Shown: piece after piece, positions 1 to 12,053 of the stretch
How positions within the stretch are numbered: position 1 is the first letter of the stretch
How the letters are laid out: every line of letters begins with the position of its first letter
Origin: Phyllobates terribilis
Lineage: Eukaryota
Direction: 5' to 3'
DNA: 64,000 bases
Assembly: GCF_046119375.1 (NCBI RefSeq)
Contig: NW_027362761.1
Span: forward strand, 712,690,001-712,754,000
Program-made: the position numbers and the translations under genes
Notes under the pieces: model-generated
Seen by the model: the letters and a program-made list of their open reading frames with translations, nothing else
The model's database searches: none
What the model was told of the DNA's origin: nothing

Positions 1-248
1 GTGTGATATCTCACTTCCAGGTAAGGATGGAGTATGGCTCAGGACTAGTGTTGAGCATTCCGATACTGTAATATCGGGTATCGACCGATATTCGCGGTAT
101 GGGAGTTCCGATACTGAGTTTCGATACTTTTAGAATATCGAATACCGGAATCGGAAGTTCCCATAATGCCTGCGCTCTGCAGTGTCTCTGAAGGATGACA
201 AGCTGGATGGCAGCGCTCAGCTGCGATCCAGCCTGTCATCAGAATGCC

Positions 249-3248
249 ATCCCAGCGTGAGAGAATTCTCCTGATTGTTTAAAAGCCGGCGGGCGGTAAA
301 AAGCCGCCGGCTTTTAAACAATCACACAGCCCCATACTGCTTCCCCGCAGCCTCCCATCCCGATCCGCCACTCCCCCCGCCACCTCCCATCCCGATCTTA
401 AGTTAGGACCGGGCGGGGAGCGCAGCACCAAGGAGTGGGGAGCGAAGAACCCGGGAGGGGAAGCCGGCAGTGAAAAGACTTCACTGCGGGCTTTCCTGTT
501 CTGTGCTGCGCTCTCCCGCTGGTTATTTTAAATGAACAGCTGAGGTATCAGCTGATGCTGATCAGCTGTTCATTTGAAGTAGCTGCGGTGCCCTCAGAGG
601 GTTCATGTGAGTTCATGCTTGACTGCATGAACTCACATGAACTTTCCCATGGCCGCACAGGTCAGCCACACCTCCCAGACCATCTCATAAATCCAGGTAG
701 ACGAGAATCCCATACCATTCCCGTCTTCCTGGATCATGGCTGAGCACCTGGGGTGGTACAAGAGGAAGGACCTGAATGTCTCGGTCATGACTGGTGTGTG
801 CGCGGTGTCTGTGGGTGTTTGCGGGTGTCTGTGGGTGTTTGCGTGTGTCTGCGTGCAGGCAGACATAGGCCGATGTGACACTACTACTCCCATCGGCCTA
901 TGTCTGTCCCCCGTCCACTCGTGCCAGCAGGATCAGCTCGATGGGAGCAGTAGTTCCCATCAGCCTGATCCTGCTATTTAAACTGCCCCATATGTTATTT
1001 TTGCCCCTATACACGTTTTATTCTTTTAGGCCCCCATATTTTTTTTTTGTTTTTGGTCCCCAATAAATTTTAAATACATTTCATTGGTGGCCAGTGGTTA
1101 CCTAAAATAAATTAGTTTATACATTACCTGTCCCCGCCGATCGCCACCTAAAATGAAGTAAAAAAATACACGTATACTCACCTAGACACCTAATTCCCCG
1201 AAGCCATCAATTTTAGTCTCTAGCGGAGGTTAAGCAGACAGTTGGGGCAGATGTTTGAAGCCTGGGAAGGGGGTAATACCCACGGAGCTTCCCAGGTTAC
1301 TAATATCAGCCCCCAGCTGAATACCTAGCCTTTACTAGCTATTAAAATGGGGGACCCCCCAAAAAAATGACGTGGGGTCCCCCCTATTTTAATAGCTAAC
1401 AAAGGCTAGGCAGACAGCTGGCGGCTGATATTAATAGCCCAGGAAGGGAGCCATGAATATTGGCCCCCTCCCAGGCTAGAAACAGCAGCCTTAAGCCTCC
1501 CCAGATTTGGCGCATTCATAGGATATGCCAATTCTGGCACTTAGCCTCGCTCTTCCACGCTGCCCTGGTGCGGTGGCAGGGGGTAATAGTAGTGGGGTTC
1601 ATGTCAGCGCCAGCTGCCATGAAGCCCAGGTTAGTAATGATGGGCGTCTATAAGACACCCCCATTACTAACCTACAAAGTGTTAAAAAGAAAAAACACAT
1701 ACTGCACCCAGAAAAAAATAATTTATTTGAAATAAAACACACCATTTTATTTAATTCTTAGTTTACTAAAAAAAAAAAAAAATAGTTAGCTGTCTACGTT
1801 CCTGCGCTGATCTCCCATGCACAGCTGTCACATCTGGAGATTGTGACAGCTGTGCATGGCTGCTGTAAGCTCACACTGCCGCGAACACGTCCGCTCCCGG
1901 CAGCATGAGCCCCTGACTGAGGTCACCGGAGTGCATTCAGTCAGCGCAGCTCCGGTGACCTCCTTTACGGCCCTGCTGTACCGTGGGAATTTCTCACGGC
2001 ACAGCAGGGCCGTAAAGGAGCTAACCGGAGCAGCGCTGCCTGAACTCCGGCGAACCCGCTTATGCAATGACGGGGCTGCTTTACGGCCCCGTCATTCTAG
2101 CGGTGGCAGTGGTTTAGAGCGGTCACATTTTATGTGGCTGCTCTAAACTGGAGATCATCGTGGGACACTCGTGGACTACTACGGAGGGGTAGAGATAAGG
2201 TTGTGGTTTATTATTTTATATTTTATTACAGGAGATCGATGGCTTCGGGGAATTAGGTGTTTAGGTGAGTATACGTGTATTTTTTTATTTTTTACTTTAT
2301 TTTAGGTGGCGATCAGCGGGGACAGGTAATGTATAAACTAATTTATTTTAGGTAACCACTGGCCACCAATGAAATGTATTTAAAATTTATTGGGGACGAA
2401 AAACAAAAAAAAAATATGGGGGCCTAAAAGAATAAAACATGTGTATAGGGGCAAAAATAACATATGGGGCAGTTTAAATAGCAGGATCAGGCTGATGGGA
2501 ACTACTGCTCCCATCGAGCTGATCCTGCTGGCACGAGTGGACGGGGGACAGACATAGGCCGATGGGAGTAGTAGTGTCACATCGGGCTATGTCTGCCTGA
2601 ACGCAGACACCCGCAAACATCGCGCAGACACCCGCAAACATCCACAGACACCGCGCAGATACCCGCAAACACCCACAGACACCCGCAGACACCGCACACA
2701 CACCAATCATGACCGGGACATTCAGGTCCATCCTCTTGTACCACCCCAGGTGCTCAGCCATGATCCAGGAAGACGGGAATGGTATGGGATTCTCGTCTAC
2801 CTGGATTGATGGGATGGTCTGGGAGGTGTGGCTGACCTGTGCGGCCGTGGGTAAGTTCATGTGAGGTCATGCAGTCAAGCATGAACTCACATGAACCCTC
2901 TGAGGGCACCGCGGCTACTGCAAATGAACAGCTGATCAGCATCAGCTGATACCTCAGCTGTTCATTTGAAATAACCAGCGGGAGAGCGCAGCACAGAACG
3001 GGAAAGCCCGCGGTGAAGTCTTTTCACTGCCGGCTTCCCCGCCCGGGTCCTTCGCTCCCCACTCCTTGGTGCTGCGCTCCCCGCCCGGTCCTAACTTAAG
3101 ATCGGGATGGGAGGTGGCGGGGGGAGCGGCGGATCGGGATGGGAGGCTGCGGGGAAGCAGTATGGGGCTGTGTGATTGTTTAAAAGCCGGCGGCTTTTTA
3201 CCGCCCGCCGGCTATTAAACAATCAGGAGAATTCTGTCACGCTGGGAT
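249..3248. repeat. Long internal inverted repeat (arms ~249-1211 and ~2235-3248, ~1-kb spacer)
   Basis: Arms are reverse complements; mirrored ORFs on opposite strands (875+/2380-, 736+/2474-, 555+/2754-). Confidence 0.92.
1930..2048. repeat. GC-rich central hairpin of the foldback element
   Basis: ctcctttacggccctgctgtaccgtg / cacggcacagcagggccgtaaaggag around a 9-nt loop near 1990. Confidence 0.85.
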
Positions 3249-3394
3249 TTCATTCCGATATTAGTGTCCCATTGACTTCCATTGGTTTCCGGTATCGGAA
3301 TCGGCGATATCCGATATTTTTTGGGTATCGGTCCGATCCAATCCGATCCGATATTTCCCGATATCGGAAGGTATCGCTCAACACTACTCAGGAC

Positions 3395-3896
3395 CCTAAC
3401 ACCCACATGCACTACACCACATTTCCGGGGGACAGGGCGACAATGCTCCCACTAGTGAGCACAACTGTCCCTGATCCCTGGCTGGAGTAGGGGGAGGGAA
3501 CACCTAGAAAGGGGGAACCCGGTAGTGTGTGGGTGGGGAGAGTAGATCCTGGGTGCACCTCAAAGACTCGTGTCATTACTGTCGCCTCGCACCACCATAA
3601 CCCCCACCATCTACACTCATGCTGCCCTGAGGCTATACTCCTCCAGTGGGGAGTCACAACATCTAGCTGCACACCTCATCAGCCTCAGTGGCCTGCCCCG
3701 CAGCGGCAGTTCCTCATGACTGCAATCCACAGGTGGCGTAGTCGGACATTTAATTAATCATAAAAGCCCATAAACAGATCCGCCACTGGTTTGACCGCTC
3801 TGGGTCACGGACCGGGACACCGCCACAGTGACTACAGATCCCCCAGCAATTGCAAGGCCCGGCACCGGGTACCCCATGGCCCAGGGGGCGCGTCAT
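3395..3896. mobile_element. Possible LTR-retrotransposon LTR remnant
   Basis: Ends in ...cagggggcgcgtCA; contains TGGCGTAGTCGG (3734-3745), complementary to the 3' end of vertebrate tRNA-Ser as I recall it; no second LTR or pol ORF. Confidence 0.25.
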
Positions 3897-4400
3897 ATAC
3901 TATACACATTGTTATATCCATCTGATGTCTGTACCACAGTATACCATACACTAATCTGTATACTGGATGTGACATTTTGTACATGGATATACACCGTACT
4001 GATCACACCTGGACCTGCACACAGGACCTCACATATTATATATGGAGCAGTATAGTATGTGATGTCCTGCAGGTTCAGGGTTGATCAGACAGTATAGGAT
4101 CCTGTATGCGATGTCTGTGGTCGCTCTGCTGGGCTCAGTCTCATTTATTGCAGGACTCTGAAATTTCCTGCAGATCTGGTGATGCTGGGATGACCCAGAG
4201 TGACCTCATTATAATCCGCCTATGGCACCCAGTCCATTACCCCGCCTAGTAGCCCTGCTAATAACTATGGTTTGTTGGACATCCTGTCCTGCCTTCTACT
4301 TGCTTGCGTTTGACTCTCCATATACTGTGTTAACCACTGTTTTAGCGTGTACAATGCTAACCAATGAGCCACTGTATACTTATTTAACCACAGTAATCCG

Positions 4401-5025
4401 CCCGCCTGCTAATTGAGGTTATCAGCTGATGTTGTGCGGAGGCAGGAAAGCCAACTCCGAAGTCGGCTTTCACACCCGCCTGCTAATTGAGGTTATCAGC
4501 TGATGTTGTGCGGGGGCAGGAAGGCCGACTACGAAGTCGGCTTTCACAGCCGCCTGCTAATTGAGGTTATCAGCTGATGTTGTGCGGGGGCAGGAAAGCC
4601 GACTCCGAAGTCGGCTTTCACACAAGCCTGCTAATTGAGGTTATCAGCTGATGTTGTGCGGGGGGGCAGGAAAGCCGACTCCGAAGGCATCTTTCACAGC
4701 CGTCTGCTAATTGAGGTTATCAGCTGATGTTGTGCGGGGGCAGGAAAGCCGTCTGAAGTCGGCTTTCACAGCCGCCTGCTAATTGAGGTTATCAGCTGAT
4801 GTTGTTCGGGGGCAGGAAAGCCGACTCCGAAGTCGGCTTTCACATCCACCTGCTAATTGAGGTTATCAGCTGATGTTGTGCGAGGGCAGGAAAGCCGTCT
4901 GAAGTCGGCTTTCACAGCCGTCTGAAGTCGGCTTTCACAGCCGCCTGCTAATTGAGGTTATCAGCTGATGTTGTGCGGGGGCAGGAAAGCCGACTGAAGT
5001 CGGCTGTCACAGCCGCCTGCTAATT
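4401..5025. repeat. ~74-bp minisatellite, ~8 copies, most with a stem-loop
   Basis: Unit ccgcctgctaattgaggttatcagctgatgttgtgcgggggcaggaaagccgactccgaagtcggctttcacag; stem gaaagccgac/gtcggctttc. Confidence 0.95.
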
Positions 5026-5213
5026 CAAGAAGAAGAGAGAAGAGGAAAGAATAGGAACATAGTATGAAAAGTTGAAGGAAGACCTAACATGTTGATCCAG
5101 AGGAAGGCAAAAAAAAAAACATGCTCCGTTTAGGGGGAAAATGCTTCCTGACTCCACATACGGCAATCAGACTAGTTCCCTGGATCAACGCCCTATCAAG
5201 AATCTAGAATATA

Positions 5214-6769
5214 CACTGTGTTCCAAATTATTATGCAAATAATATTTTCTCAGATTTTCCCAAATTACCTATATGAATTGCAGTCATTGTAATTTTCCAG
5301 TCAAATAACTATTAGAGTACTGCCTATGATAACATTTTTTTTTTTAAATAAAACACTCAAACTGCACTCAAAATGCATGTTCCAAATTATTATGCACAGC
5401 AGACTTTTCAACCTTTTCATTTTTATAAAGAACAAAAAAAATGGTCATTTTTGAAATTATAAGCATTAGCAGGTTATTACAAACTGAAATCAAACAGTTT
5501 TCAACTCAAAACTTTATTCTAGGTGATGTTACATTTGCACATAGGACCCCTTGTTCGAAAGGAGTTTCTGAACTCTCTCGTCCATTGAATTTGTCAGGTT
5601 TTGGATGGTTTCTGCTTCAATTGTTTTGCATGAGGACAGAATACCCTCCCAGAGCTGTTGCTTAGATGTGAACTGCCTCCCGCCATCATAGACACTCCTT
5701 TTGATGATGCTCCAGAGGTTCTCAATGGGGTTGAGGTCAGGGGAGCATGGGTGCCACACCATAAGTTTGTCCCCTTTTATGCCCATAGCAGCCAGAGATG
5801 CAGATGTGTTATGTGCAGCATGAGACGGTGCATTATCATGCATGAAAATGATCTTGCTGCGGAATGCACGGTTCTTCTTCTTGAACCATGGAAGGAAGTG
5901 CTGTTTGAGAAACTCAACATACATTATGGAGTTCATCTTTACCCCTTCAGGGATCCTAAAGGGGCCGACAATCTCTCTCCCCATGATTCCAGCCCAAAAC
6001 ATTACTCCACCTCCTCCTTGTTGGCGCCGTAGCCGTGTTTACATGGGGTGTCCATCAACCAGCCATCCTCCACTCCATCCATCTGGACCATCGAGCGTTG
6101 CACGGCACTCATCGGTGAACAAAACAGTTTTGAAGTCAGTCTTCATGTATTGTTTGGCCCACTGGAGCCGTTTCTGCTTGTGTGCAGTGGATAGAGGAGG
6201 TCGGCAGGATGGCTTACGCACAGCTGCAAACCTCTGAAGGACCCTGCATCTTGTTGTTCGGGGGACATTGGAGGCACCAGCAGCTTCAAAAACTTGTCTG
6301 CTGCTATGACAAGGCTTTTTTGCCGCTGCTCTTTTAACCTGACGTAATTGCCTGTAGGAAAGAGTCCTCAATTTTCCCTTATCAGCACACACACGTGTGT
6401 ACTGTGAATCAGCTACATACTTCTTGATTGTGCGATGATCACGATGAAGTGTCTTGGCAATGTTGATTGTAGTCATGCCTTGACCTAAACACTCCACAAT
6501 TTGTTGCTTCTCAGCAGCCGACACATCCTTTTTCTTTCCCATTTTGGCAGAAAATGTAGGCTGCTTAATAATGTGGGACAGCCTTCTTAAGTAGTCTTGC
6601 CTTTCATTGGACACACCTGCCAAACTATCTAGCACAGGTGTCTGCAATTGCTTACAGTGATATAAAGAGCCCTGACACACATCACCATCAATGAGTTTAA
6701 CTGACAAACAAAAAAATTCTTACCTTCTCACTCCTAAACACTTTTTGCATAATAATTTGGAACATAGAG
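5214..6769 (-). mobile_element. Full-length Tc1-superfamily transposon, DD37E (TRT-type)
   Basis: 24-bp TIR CACTGTGTTCCAAATTATTATGCA (2 mismatches at right end), TA TSDs at 5212 and 6770, transposase on minus strand. Confidence 0.93.
5529..6542 (-). pseudogene. DD37E Tc1-like transposase with one premature stop (~337 codons)
   Basis: MGKKKDVS... HTH region; catalytic motifs FTDECR, MHDNAP, PDLNPIE with 37 residues between D2 and E; the two ORFs are in frame, separated by TAA at 6039-6041 (CAA in the copy near 26644). Confidence 0.92.
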
Positions 6770-7276
6770 TATAACATGTAATCAGAGTCAGACTCATGGA
6801 GCATGGTATGGCAGATCATTGCCATACAGTGCACCATGACTATGACCCCAAAGACTAAAACAAGGGAAGTAGGAAGAGGAGGGGAAGAAGACCAGCTGTG
6901 AAGAAGACCAGAGGACACAGGGAGAAGGGAGAAGACAGGTGATGAAGCCTGGAGCGGGAAGAGGAGAAGGGGAGGAGTTGATCACCAGCGGAGAGCAGGG
7001 ATGGGAATGGAGGGGAGGGAACTGAGGGTGGGGGGGGGATCGGAGGGCAGGAGTGAGGGGTCCCACCCTCAGGAAGAGGTAAAGCAGAAAAGAAGACAAC
7101 AAAAAACATTTTTATTTCAATCAGGAGGAGATCGGAGGGCAGAGGTAAAGTTAAAAAAGAGGACAATAAAACATTTTTTTAAAAAACAAACAAAAATGTG
7201 AACAATTTTAACAATTTAAATAAGTATTAAATTAACAATATTTACAAAATGATAACAAAATAGAAATTAAACATCA

Positions 7277-8417
7277 CTACAGTTCTTCGTATCGATTGAC
7301 TGTATTTGTGTATCCATGCCTGGGGGAAACAATAGAATACGAAAACATGGGATACTGTGGGGGGGGGGGGGGGGGCAAGGCTTTGTGGATGCCGGATCCT
7401 CTGCACTGGTGTGCTGCGAAGTAGGTCCGGCATATGGGTCCAAGAATGTTGTTGAAAAGGGCCAGGGTCGATCCGAGTGTGTACAGTAGAAGTCTCATTA
7501 AGTTCAAAGGCTGCCGCTTTAGTTAAAGTCTCAAACATGACCCTTTCTGCGTGCGCCCTCTGTCGGTCATCCAGCCTCTGTAGTCTCTCGCCAGCAAATG
7601 TTGCAAAGTTGTCCTGCTTGGCCTGGGTCTGTAGCAGTAGAATCTTGTTCGCCAAAGATATTAGATCTGGCGATGGCGACAAGCTGGCCTTTCTTTTCCT
7701 TGATTTTCTTTGTCGCCGAGGCACAAGGTCTTCACTTGTAGAGGCCATAGGGTCTTCATTCGCCGATGCCATAGGTTCCTCATTCGTTGACAGCACACTC
7801 GCCTCCACCATACCACGTTCCGTAGCCGGGATGTTGTCATCTTGCCGATGGTGCTGTTGGAACACAAAATTAATGTTAAGATTTTGGTTACAACATCCAG
7901 CAGGTATGTCATGACCAGCATGGGTACACGTGCACTAAAAACAAATGTAAGTGGCGGCTAAACTATGGCATGTACATTGAAAGTATAAATGCTATTTACA
8001 GGGAAGCAAAGAAGGTACTTACATCTTCAAAAGGGGAGTCAGTCCGGATATCAGGGTCTTCTTCCGGGGTCGGCCGCATCGTACACGCCATTCGCCGAGG
8101 TAGCTCCTGGTCACGGGTGAAGGCAAGCAAGTCATAATACCATAATGTTGGCATATAAACCTCATCTGTGCCGGTACCCGACTTCTTTGACTTCTCCACC
8201 CTGTTAAGTTCTTTCTTGTATACGGTGCGTAGACCCTGGATTTTTCTCTTCACCAGCTCCTCATCCACCTTCTCGTTGGGGCCATGCCTTTTAAAGAGGG
8301 CAATCAATTGCTGGTACGCCTCCCTCTTTTTTTCTCTATTGCAGTAGTCCGTAGGCACGGCAGGGAGAGGTACAGGTCAATCATTTCCCTGAGGAATTCT
8401 TCAGTTTTAAAAGCCAT
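7277..8417 (-). pseudogene. Spliced MADF (Myb/SANT-like) DNA-binding protein gene, probably the Harbinger accessory ORF; frameshifted
   Basis: MADF signature (REAYQQL...VKRKIQGLRTVYKKELNRV...LWYYDLLAF); in-frame GT-AG intron 8022-7854; 5'UTR intron 8691-8418 with ATG right after the acceptor; BESS-like C-terminal motif; frameshift near 8355 and probably at the poly-C run near 7365. Confidence 0.75.
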
Positions 8418-8494
8418 CTGAAAAAAGGATAGCATACAGTGAGCATAAATGAAACATTTTAAAACACAGTAAAAAATACCACACACTGTTTGTT

Positions 8495-8670
8495 GACCCC
8501 CTTAAAATGGCCTCCGATGCATAAGCAAATGTACACTTGTTGGGTGTGGCAGGACCCCCCTTAAAATGGCCTCCAATGCATAAGCAAATGTACACTTGTT
8601 GGGTGTGGCAGGACCCCCCTTAAAATGGCCTCCGATGCATAAGCAAATGTATACTTGTTGGGTGTGGCAG
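8495..8670. repeat. ~59-bp tandem repeat x3 within the MADF 5'UTR intron
   Basis: gacccccttaaaatggcctccgatgcataagcaaatgtacacttgttgggtgtggcag at 8495, 8553, 8612. Confidence 0.92.
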
Positions 8671-8942
8671 AAACCCACTAAAATAACTTACCGTGTAAAC
8701 AAAGCAATATAGGTGCCTGAAGAACCAAGAAATCGATGTGGAGTCACAGCTGAAGAACACTAAAATCCACAAACCAGAACGCTTGTCAGGAACAAAGCCC
8801 AGATGAATGGATACAGAATCACAGCCACAGCCTGCTACAATCCAAAAGCCAGGATGCAATCAGGAACAAGGCCCAGATGAATGGAGTCACAGCTGGAGAA
8901 CGCTACTAGAATCCAAAAATCAGGACGCTGACAGGGCCTTAA

Positions 8943-10219
8943 CCTCTTTACAACCCATGCCGTATTAGTACGCACATTTGCGTTCCCCCCGTTCAGTGAG
9001 GGCTGCTGCGCTGAGCCCTCACTGAACCGAGCACATGTCAGCTGATTCTTACAGCTGACATGTGCCCGCAACAGCGCCGGGTGGAATCGCGATCCACCCG
9101 CGGCTGTTAACATGTTAAATGCCGCTGTCAATCTCCGACAGCGGCATTTAACGCGCGCTTCCGGGTAGCGCGTCATAAGCCCCGCCCATCAGCGACCCCG
9201 TCACGTGATCGCGGGTCACCGATGGGTGGGCATGACAACCCAGGGTCTGCAGCAGACGCCTGTGGTTGTCATGATCTGGTCGCTATGAGCGCAACCTAGT
9301 GGTCGGCGCTCATAGCACAAGACCAATTCTGCTGCATGCAGGGGATCTGCTCGTCCCCTGTATGTAGCAGAGCCGATCAAACAAGTGCTGCTTCTAGTCT
9401 CCTATGGAGACTATTGAAGCAAGCAAAAAGTGTAAAAAAAAAGTTTTTAAAAATATAAAAAAAAAATTCAAAAATATAAAAGTTTAAATCACCCCCCTTT
9501 CGCCCCATTCAAAATAAAATATATATAAAAAAAAACCCTACATAGACATATTTGGTATCGCCGCGTTTACAATCGCCCGATCTATCAATATAAAAAAAGA
9601 ATTAATCCAATCGGTAAACGGCGTAACGAGAAAAAAATTCTAAACGCCAGAATTACGTTTCTTGGTCGCCGCAAAATTGCAATAAAATGCAATAACGGGC
9701 AATCAAAACATCGGATCTACCTCAAAATGTTATCAATAAAAACGTCAGCCCGGCGCGCAAAAAATAAGCCCTCACCCAGCCCCAGATCATGAAAAATGGA
9801 GACGCTACAGGTCTCGGAAAATGGTGCTATTTTTTTTTTATTCTTTTACCAAATTTTGGAAAAAATTTTCACCACTTAAATATAAAAGAACCTATACATG
9901 TTTGGTGTCTATGAACTCGTAATGACCTGTAGAATAAGAATGGCAGGTCAGTTTTTAGCATTCAGTGAACGTGGTAAAAAAAATAAATAAAAAACAACTG
10001 TGGTATTGCACTTTTTTTGCAATTTTACCACACTTGGAATTTTTTTCCTGTACACGATATGGTAAAACTAGTAATGGCGTTGAAAAGTACAACTCGTCCC
10101 GCAAAAAATAAGCCCTCACATGGCCATATTGACCAAAAAATAAAAACGCTATGGCTCTGGGAACAAGGGGAGCAAAAAACGAAAAAGCAAAAACGGAAAA
10201 AGCTCTGGTCCTTAAGGGG
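8943..10219. mobile_element. piggyBac-type non-autonomous element
   Basis: TTAA at 8939-8942 and 10220-10223; cctctt.../...aagggg ends; homologous to 35652-36810 and, reversed, to 25207-27935. Confidence 0.75.
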
Positions 10220-10399
10220 TTAACAAAGCCCAGATGAACGAATATTGCCCGGAGAACACTGCTACGATCCGAAACCAGAGCGGAACAAAGGAACGGAATT
10301 GCTGCAACGTGGCCTTATTTTAAACCTGCTGCCCAATCAGAACGCAGTAGTGTCCACCAATCGGAGATGAGGGGGCGCAGAAAAGTAATTTTATGCACG

Positions 10400-10622
10400 C
10401 CTTTGTGACACAGTATAGTTCCTATCAAGGTGTGGATCGTTGAAATAGCTGCTGTGTGAAAGCGCCCCAACGACCAACGAGATCGTTAGTTAGATCGCTG
10501 GGGCGGCCGAAATAGTTGGGAAGTTCTGCATGTTTGACGGCTCCCCAATGATCACGACAGCGATCTCAAAACCGTGACGTAATAACGATCTCGCTAGCGA
10601 TCTCGTTATATGTGACAGGGCC
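10400..10622. mobile_element. Harbinger-type terminal region
   Basis: Ends ...gatctcgttatatgtgacagggcc followed by tta/taa; aacga/gatcg subterminal repeats; lies upstream of the MADF gene; partner TIR not found. Confidence 0.5.
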
Positions 10623-10744
10623 TTAAAGCCAGAGCTGTCAAGCAACAAAGATAAGAGCAGCCAATAGATGAAAAACAAGTACATAGAAGGTACACAGACC
10701 GCTTGGTTTGAACACATGCTTTGTGTGGAGATAATTCTTTTTAA

Positions 10745-11440
10745 GAGGACTTTTCATCAGTTTGAGCGTGTTAAACTGGCCACCTCATGGAATAATGGTT
10801 GCAGGGCTGAGTAAAAAGTAGTTATTTTTTATTTCTTGTCTCAATTGTTAAGATATTAGCTTGTAAAGTTTAGGTTATAATTTATGCTATAGTTTAATTA
10901 AATGTTATTGGAGACATGTCTATACATTCAGGAACAAAACAAAAAACAAGACCACCTCTCCTCCTTATGGAAATCATGCTGCTTTTGGGTAGAGCTACAT
11001 AATTCAGCTCTGCTGTATCATTACAAACCCTTCCAAACCTCCTCTCACAGAGCAGTCCGCTTTCACTCTTCCCCACTCTTACTGTCTGCCATGTAATGAG
11101 ATCTAGAAGGTTTTGTAGTGATACAGCAGAGCTCAGTAAGGGATCTCTACACAGTAGCTGCAGAGATCAGTGAGGAGAGGAGGGAGTGGTCTTTTCTCTC
11201 CTGCATGATGCTCCCTGCTTATGATTGGTCAACCACATACAAGGAAGAAGTAAAGGCCTACAGAGACAAATCTCTGGTGATTTTCAGTTGTAGTATCACA
11301 AATTAGAACCCAAACAAATAAGCTAATATAACCATAATGAAGGAGAAATTAAAAAATAAAAACTACTTTTTATTCAGCTCTGCAGCCACTATTTCATGAA
11401 GTGGCCAGTTGAACATGATCAAACGGGTGAAAGGTCCTTC
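10745..11440. mobile_element. Degenerate T2/Kolobok-type MITE
   Basis: ttaa-gaggacttttcatc...aactggccac versus gtggccagtt...tgaaaggtcct imperfect inverted ends. Confidence 0.45.
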
Positions 11441-11966
11441 AGCAAGCATGGTGAACGCTGTAAAAATAAGTTAATACAATTAAATATGCCAGGCTGATTT
11501 TTGGTCACATTGACTCCTTAAAACATGGAAGAAAGAATAAAAAGCACATTAGTAGTCTGTAAGTCAAAACGATGCCAATGAGGTATGTTAACATATCACA
11601 CAAAAAAAAACACACACATTGTGATCACACTAACCTGCAAAATAAAAATAAGAGGTTATTTATGCGCAAAGTAAATGCTATAAAAAAAAAAAAAAAGATT
11701 GCAGAACTGGATTTTTTTTGCATTCCTCACAAAGAAACCAATTGCTAAAAGTTCATGACTTGTCTATACAGTCTACAGACGGTTTTCTATGATCCACATT
11801 GTTGTTAGTGGCAGTTCAAGCAAGATGGCTGACCTCAATCACATACATAATAAAAAATACCATCAGAAAATATAAAACACGAGTAAGCTATAGTTTCTGC
11901 TCTTAATTAGTGTAACAAAAAAAAACAAAACAAAAAAGTCTTGTATTCCCTTTAAAAAAGACTTGC

Positions 11967-12053
11967 CGGACTGAGAAGGGGGAAACTGAGAATAGGATGA
12001 TGTACGTTCTCTCTTTGGAGGTGGACAGTAACCTCCATCCTCTTTGTCAGAAT
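11967..12053 (-). CDS. Candidate 87-nt host exon, gene unidentified (phase 1 reading xSDKEDGGYCPPPKRERTSSYSQFPPSQS)
   Basis: Acceptor tttttattgttcag, GC-type donor CCG|gcaagt, length divisible by 3, open in two frames, not repeat-like. Confidence 0.45.

Larger units (their letters stand above)
46..3386. mobile_element. Non-autonomous hAT-type element with foldback structure
   Basis: 11-bp TIR TAGTGTTGAGC / GCTCAACACTA; perfect 8-bp TSD CTCAGGAC at 38-45 and 3387-3394; subterminal CCGATA/TATCGG repeats; no transposase ORF. Confidence 0.9.

Noticed and set aside
1-26. Plus-strand splice donor CAG|gtaagg at 20/21
   Set aside because: Only 20 bp of upstream sequence is visible and no matching plus-strand exon was found.
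555-2942. Paired identical small ORFs on opposite strands
   Set aside because: A by-product of the inverted arms, with no protein motifs.
4401-5025. CRISPR array
   Set aside because: The palindromic units are contiguous with no unique spacers, there are no cas genes, and the context is eukaryotic.
5045-5205. 3' fragment of an older CR1-like family (also ~20385-20440)
   Set aside because: Recognised only from memory of similar frog repeats; no ORF or TSD evidence in this window.
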